A stretch of DNA of 52,027 nt from the NCBI GenBank assembly GCA_963169815.1, contig CAUJDC010000025.1, forward strand, positions 1-52,027, read 5' to 3'. How positions within the stretch are numbered: the stretch's first letter is position 1; every line of letters starts with the position of its first letter. Position numbers and translations under genes: made by a program. The notes below the pieces were generated by a model. It worked only from the letters and a program-made list of their open reading frames with translations. It had not been told where the DNA came from and ran no database searches. Source of the DNA: Patescibacteria group bacterium (GTDB lineage Bacteria; Patescibacteriota; Gracilibacteria; UBA1369). This document shows, one piece after another, positions 47,220 to 52,027 of the stretch.

Positions 47220-48691
47220 GCTTTTTTGCGATAGGCGAAGTAAGATCCAGTCCCCCCCAATATACCAGTAAGTCCCCAAAGATAGGAGTTATTTTCTGAA
47301 ACTTCTTGATTTTCATTTAGTTCGAATTGATACAGTTTTAAAATCTGCTGACCATTTGCCTCACTTAGTTCGCCAGTAAACTTACCTGTGCGCCCAGGCA
47401 GAAAAGTTTTTTCTGCCTGGGGGCCTTTGATTAAATTTTCATCGAACACCACAAGAGTTTTTGCCGCGTTGTCAGCGTCGCCCTCAGTTAAATCGAAATG
47501 ATAAATCTTTTCGAATTGAGGCGCGGAGGTGATTTTGCCAGTAATGGTAGTTAATGTTGGATTGGCAGTGCCAGGGCTTGCTAAATTGTTCCAGCGCCAC
47601 TCGTTTTCTCCGTCAATTTCCTGTAATTGATAAGTAGATTTTTTAGTAGCTTCTTCATAATCGACTTGGTCAGCTAATTCTTCATTGGGTGTAAAGAGCC
47701 GCACTGAGTCGCTGGAATTGTTGAGATTGATTTTTAAGGTTTTAAGATTGAGGACGGTGTAGGCGTCTGGGGCGAGTTTCAGTGCGGCGAGGGCTTTGGG
47801 CTTGCTACTACCATCGGCATCGTCGATTTGCCATTTGGCCAAGTCTACTGTTTGGTCACTTCGATTGAAAAGTTCTACCCACTCGAACTCTGTTTTGTCC
47901 GGCACTGGATAAACTTCGGTGATGATGATAGGTGAGTCAGTGTATTCTGAGATGTTTTTCTTTTCAGTTGATTTTGTGGTGGCTTCAGTTTTATTGCCAG
48001 CAAAATCTTGATCGTCAAATGTAGCTGTGTTTATTTCGGTATAGGGTGATTCTGTTGGTGCGTCTGCTTCGTTTGATGTTTCTTCTTCAGTTTCATCACT
48101 AGTGACTTGCCAGGCATCTAAATTGATTCCGGTTTTGGTTCGGACTAGACTTTGATCTGTTTTCAGGGATTTAGAAGGGAAACAGGAATTTACATTGTCG
48201 CTTGGCCAGTTAGCGGCAGAGGCTATGGTTGGGAATTCTGTTTGCTCAGTTTTGCTGACGGGATCCTGATACCAACAAAAGAAATCGAAGTAGTGTTGAC
48301 CGGCTAAAATGGTAATTTGTTCAGTGGTAGAAGTTAGTCCTGAAATGGTTGTATAAAGTTTGTGTTCGACTTCGGAATCTTCTTGATCTGAATTGAAAGT
48401 TAGGGTGACTAAGTCATTATTTTTGACTACAAAATTTGTCTCAACGATTTTGAAAACTTTGTCGCTATAAAAGCTTAAGCCTTTGAGATTGATTTGGGCT
48501 AAGTCGCTTTTGACTTTAAAAGTGATGAAGTCGGCTGAGGAATTTTTGTAACTAATTTCATTTAGTAAAATACTGGCCTGAATTGTTTGTGTTTCTGGCG
48601 TTGCAGGGGAGTCTTTGATGGTGGTGGCTAATGAAAACTGCTTGCAAAATAATAATAATATTGTGATTGATAGGATAAATGGGCGATTCAT
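47189..48691 (-). CDS. Secreted lamin-tail-domain (LTD) protein with C-terminal TM anchor
   Basis: Signal peptide, two LTD-like segments (LLNEISYKNSSADFITF and ITEVYPVPDKTEFEWVELFNRSDQTVDLAKWQIDD), and a C-terminal hydrophobic anchor followed by RKK. Confidence 0.75.
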   Translation of the reverse strand: MNRPFILSITILLLFCKQFSLATTIKDSPATPETQTIQASILLNEISYKNSSADFITFKVKSDLAQINLKGLSFYSDKVFKIVETNFVVKNNDLVTLTFNSDQEDSEVEHKLYTTISGLTSTTEQITILAGQHYFDFFCWYQDPVSKTEQTEFPTIASAANWPSDNVNSCFPSKSLKTDQSLVRTKTGINLDAWQVTSDETEEETSNEADAPTESPYTEINTATFDDQDFAGNKTEATTKSTEKKNISEYTDSPIIITEVYPVPDKTEFEWVELFNRSDQTVDLAKWQIDDADGSSKPKALAALKLAPDAYTVLNLKTLKINLNNSSDSVRLFTPNEELADQVDYEEATKKSTYQLQEIDGENEWRWNNLASPGTANPTLTTITGKITSAPQFEKIYHFDLTEGDADNAAKTLVVFDENLIKGPQAEKTFLPGRTGKFTGELSEANGQQILKLYQFELNENQEVSENNSYLWGLTGILGGTGSYFAYRKKAWIISLFGKF

Positions 48692-48829
48692 AATTGTTTA
48701 GAATATTGAGCTTAGCCACAATAGCGAGTGATTATTAAATCAAACTTAAAAAAGCCTTAATTTTGACAGGTTTGCCTTGTTTATGATTTGATGTTTTTGT
48801 TCGACTATATATTAGTAACCAAATAGGTA

Positions 48830-50359
48830 ATGGATATTCTCACCCTGGTGATAGCCGTGATATTGGCTGGTGGGGTCGGAGCAACTATTGGTTATCTAGC
48901 CAAGAAATCTACTTTAAAACAAACTACTGAATCAGAAGAAAAACAGGCAGCTCAGGTTTTGACTGAGGCTAACAGCAAAGCAAAAGAGATTTTACTAGAA
49001 GCCAAGAACGAAGCTCTAAGGACTCTGGATCAATACAAGGCGGAAGAAGAAAAAAAACGTCAGCAACTCGACAAAATTGAAGCAAGACTTCTCGATAAGG
49101 AAGATACTTTAGAGAAGAAGATTGTTGCTTCAGATCAATTGCGTTCTGAATTAATGGAAAAAGCAGAAAAGATTAAGCAGCTGCGGACAGAAGCAGATCA
49201 ATCTTTGGATTTGCAAAAGAAAGAATTGGAAAAGATCGCTGGCCTTACTCGTGATGAAGCGAAGCAGAAACTACTTAAAGAAGTAGAAGATGCTTCACGA
49301 AAAGAAATGGCTGAAACTATTTCCCGTGCCGAAGAATTGATGAAAAAAGAGTCTAAAGAAAAGGCTAAATTTATTATTGCAGATGCAATTCAAAAGTATG
49401 CAGCTGAAGTTGCTACTGAATCGACTGCAACTGTTGTAACTCTTCCTGGCGATGATATGAAGGGTCGTATCATTGGGAAAGAAGGCCGCAATGTAATGGC
49501 ATTTGAACAAGCCACTGGTATCGATGTGATTATTGATGATACTCCTGGCTCAATTGTTATTTCTGGTTTCGATTTGGTACGCCGCTATGTAGCCAAAATT
49601 TCTTTGGAAAAACTGTTGATGGATGGACGTATTCATCCAGCTAGAATTGAAGAAGTTGTAGCCAAAACTCAGGAAGAAGTTAATGTGATGATTAAAGATC
49701 TCGGTGAAAAAGCTGCCTACGATACTGGCGTTGCCGGCCTGCCTTTGAACTTGATTAAATTACTCGGACGTCTCAAGTTCCGCACAAGCCATGGCCAAAA
49801 TGTTTTGAAGCATTCGATGGAAGTTGCTTTCCTGGCTACTAGCCTCGCAGGCGAACTCGGTGCTGACAGCGAAATCTGTAAGAAAGGTGGTTTACTCCAT
49901 GATATTGGTAAGTCTACTGATCATGAAATTCAGGGACATCACTCTACAATTGGTCGCGATATTCTCAAAAAATTCAATATTCAGGAAGAAGTTATTCACT
50001 GTGTGGAAGCGCATGAAGGTGATGTTGAACCAAAGACTCTTGAGGCGATGATAGTTTCTGCTGCCAATGCTATTGCAAATGCCCGTCCTGGTGTTCAAAA
50101 AGACAATTTGGAAAACTTTGTCAAACGCATGGAAGAAATGGAAAATATGTGCAATGCCTTTGAAGGAGTCAAATCTACTTTTGCTGTACAGGCTGGTTCA
50201 GAAGTTCGAGTTTTTGTGAAACCTGAGGTGGTTGATGATTATGCCGCAGTTAAACTAAGCCATGATATTGCTAGAAAGATTGAAAAAGATATGCAGTATT
50301 CTGGGCAGGTAAAACTTCACTTGATCCGAGAAACTCGCGCTGAAGACCTGGCAAAATAG
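48830..50359 (+). CDS. rny: Ribonuclease Y
   Basis: N-terminal TM helix, coiled coil, KH domain (GRIIGKEGRN) and HD domain (LLHDIGK). Confidence 0.95.
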   Translation: MDILTLVIAVILAGGVGATIGYLAKKSTLKQTTESEEKQAAQVLTEANSKAKEILLEAKNEALRTLDQYKAEEEKKRQQLDKIEARLLDKEDTLEKKIVASDQLRSELMEKAEKIKQLRTEADQSLDLQKKELEKIAGLTRDEAKQKLLKEVEDASRKEMAETISRAEELMKKESKEKAKFIIADAIQKYAAEVATESTATVVTLPGDDMKGRIIGKEGRNVMAFEQATGIDVIIDDTPGSIVISGFDLVRRYVAKISLEKLLMDGRIHPARIEEVVAKTQEEVNVMIKDLGEKAAYDTGVAGLPLNLIKLLGRLKFRTSHGQNVLKHSMEVAFLATSLAGELGADSEICKKGGLLHDIGKSTDHEIQGHHSTIGRDILKKFNIQEEVIHCVEAHEGDVEPKTLEAMIVSAANAIANARPGVQKDNLENFVKRMEEMENMCNAFEGVKSTFAVQAGSEVRVFVKPEVVDDYAAVKLSHDIARKIEKDMQYSGQVKLHLIRETRAEDLAK

Positions 50360-50391
50360 TTTCTTTGAGTTTTTACTTTGTCAGCATCATC

Positions 50392-50435
50392 AAAATAGTT
50401 CAGCCGTATACATCATACTGTCTGAACTATTTTTC
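50392..50435 (+). terminator. 12-bp perfect hairpin with 18-nt loop CCGTATACATCATACTGT (copy B of the repeated element)
   Basis: AAAATAGTTCAG (50392-50403) pairs with CTGAACTATTTT (50422-50433). The loop matches copy A at 16 of 18 positions, while the stem sequence is unrelated. Confidence 0.7.
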
Positions 50436-50440
50436 TTCGC

Positions 50441-50533
50441 TTCCTCGTAAAATTCTCAAAGAAACTATTTTGTACTTAATCTGGATTTTCTCTTACTTCC
50501 TTGTAATACTGGCATAAATTTGTTTTGTATAAT
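50441..50533 (+). promoter_or_regulatory. Two promoter-like modules related to those at 35133-35276
   Basis: Module B1 (TTCCTCGTAAAATTC...) starts at 50441. Module B2 (TTCCTTGTAATACTGG...) starts at 50497. TATAAT lies at 50528-50533, 11 nt before the ATG at 50545. Confidence 0.4.
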
Positions 50534-50544
50534 AATTAATTTTT

Positions 50545-51396
50545 ATGTCTGGAGCCGATATTAATAAAATCAGAGTAGAAGGTGAAAAGTTAATTCTTTT
50601 GGAAGATGCTTTGGGCTGGGATAAGGCCAGACAAATGGCTGTTGATCATAAGGCCAAGGCTTTTAATTCCTTGTTTAACCTTCTTTCCAAGCCTAATCCT
50701 GACGATATAGAAGTGATTTATGAAGAGCGTCGTTTTGAGGCTTTTTGGCACATTGTGGGAACATCTTCATTTGAATATAAACGTCGTAATCGTTATCAGG
50801 TTCCCGTTTCTCAAGAAGTGATCGACCTGGAGGCTTTGGGACAGGATTTTAAGATTGGTACAAATCGGACTTTTACTTTGGAAAGTATTGAACATTGTAA
50901 AGAAAATTACCGTGAAGAGCTGATGATTGACGCTAACACTGATAAAGCCGGTGATTTCTCCAAATACTTAAAGTCTCCTCATCGTTTGATCAGGTCTACT
51001 GATGAATTAAATAAAGATGGCACGCCGATTGTTTATCTGGAAACCCGAGCCACTACTCTAGTGCGCGAAGTATTGGCCAAACTTGTTAAGCCAATTAAGG
51101 CTGACGAGATTATGCAGGAAGATATTTTTATCAGTGAATTAAGCCTCTATTTCTACCCAGTATATACTTTTGAATTACATTGGAAGACTAAGGACAAAAA
51201 GTCCACAATTGCTTTTGATGGCGTGACTACTGAGGTGAATCTCAAGGCTGCGAAAATTACTGATACTCTTCGTGAAAGCTTCACTAATGATGATCTCTTT
51301 GAATTCTCCAAAGAAATTGCTCAAAATATTATTCCTGGCGGAGGACTGGCGATGATGCTAGGGAAAAAAGCCTTTGAGATGTCTAAAAAGAAGTAA
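50545..51396 (+). CDS. Hypothetical protein (283 aa)
   Basis: It is a long ORF with protein-like composition. No motif was recognised. Confidence 0.6.
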   Translation: MSGADINKIRVEGEKLILLEDALGWDKARQMAVDHKAKAFNSLFNLLSKPNPDDIEVIYEERRFEAFWHIVGTSSFEYKRRNRYQVPVSQEVIDLEALGQDFKIGTNRTFTLESIEHCKENYREELMIDANTDKAGDFSKYLKSPHRLIRSTDELNKDGTPIVYLETRATTLVREVLAKLVKPIKADEIMQEDIFISELSLYFYPVYTFELHWKTKDKKSTIAFDGVTTEVNLKAAKITDTLRESFTNDDLFEFSKEIAQNIIPGGGLAMMLGKKAFEMSKKK

Positions 51397-51476
51397 TTTT
51401 GTTGAAATTGAATTTTTATTCGTCGCTATGGACAAATTAAAGGCGGATTTGATGGATTTGTTTGAGGAATTTACTC

Positions 51477-51503
51477 TTGGCACTCCAGCAGTCACTGTGC
51501 TAA
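51477..51503 (+). promoter_or_regulatory. CIRCE-like inverted repeat (HrcA operator) upstream of groES
   Basis: TTGGCACTC-N9-CTGTGCTAA compares with consensus TTAGCACTC-N9-GAGTGCTAA at 15 of 18 positions. TATAAT lies at 51519-51524. Confidence 0.6.
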
Positions 51504-51538
51504 AATCCAGCCCGAATTTATAATATAACTTTTTCACT

Positions 51539-51844
51539 ATGAATGACGTAGTTAAAAAGATAAAACCCCTTGAAGATCGGGTTTTGCTAAAAGGTGTAAG
51601 TGAAGTGAACACCACAGCATCTGGAATTATTATTCCCATTACAGCTTCTAAAGAAAGACCTCAAAAAGCTGAGGTTTTGGCTGTAGGGCCAGGTGTTATG
51701 AAAAAAGATGGATCAAGACTGCCTATGGATGTGAAAATAGGTGATATTGTCCTGGTTTCTAAATACGCAGCTGATGAAGTTAAAATTGAGGGGGAAGATT
51801 ATTATATTATTCGTCAGACTAGTATTTTGGCTGTTATTTCCTAA
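51539..51844 (+). CDS. groES: Co-chaperonin GroES
   Basis: IKPLEDRVLLK...ASGIIIP...GDIVLVSKY. Length is 101 aa. Confidence 0.95.
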   Translation: MNDVVKKIKPLEDRVLLKGVSEVNTTASGIIIPITASKERPQKAEVLAVGPGVMKKDGSRLPMDVKIGDIVLVSKYAADEVKIEGEDYYIIRQTSILAVIS

Positions 51845-51872
51845 TTTTAGCGCGCTGCGCAGTAACTATTAA

Positions 51873-52027
<155 letters not shown>

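Overview
This is a low-GC, tightly packed bacterial chromosome segment that reads cleanly in the standard genetic code. The gene content points to a CPR/Patescibacteria-like organism: NAD salvage instead of synthesis, LCP/SLH/lamin-tail surface proteins, and few metabolic genes. That placement is inference only. The backbone carries clpB (5'-truncated by the window edge), a purA-like gene, the complete F1Fo operon atpBEFHAGDC, and an LCP enzyme. It continues with ung, a pnuC-nadR-nrtR NAD salvage operon, yaaA, an RNA methyltransferase, ssb, gmk, tRNA-Gln and marR plus two ABC exporters. The remaining backbone genes are a cupredoxin lipoprotein, an M16 peptidase, a VIT1 transporter, a PerM transporter, an SLH protein, an LTD-CcdA-DsbA cluster, rny, and groES-groEL (3'-truncated) behind a CIRCE-like operator. 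Between about 18.41 and 32.57 kb sits a 14.2-kb, all-plus-strand integrative island inserted at the 3' end of a minus-strand tRNA-Asn. It carries an excisionase-like HTH, a Type I R-M system (hsdM, hsdS, hsdR), a standalone OLD-family nuclease, small phage-like genes and a large serine recombinase. The R-M operon is split between hsdS and hsdR by three cargo genes: a 274-aa orphan protein, a 142-aa 4-TM protein and a Fic protein. The target tRNA-Asn(GUU) is itself interrupted in the anticodon loop by a 222-nt group I intron. Other points worth a second look are listed below.
- The recombinase ORF reads across the att core.
- A 0.9-kb ORF-free, GC-rich structured region lies between ssb and gmk.
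- A composite hairpin plus promoter-like repeat occurs at two loci with covarying stems.
- A dnaX-type A_AAA_AAG slippery site could fuse a membrane-anchor ORF to the LCP domain.
- No backbone gene in the window ends in TGA.
No CRISPR array, rRNA gene or transposase was seen.
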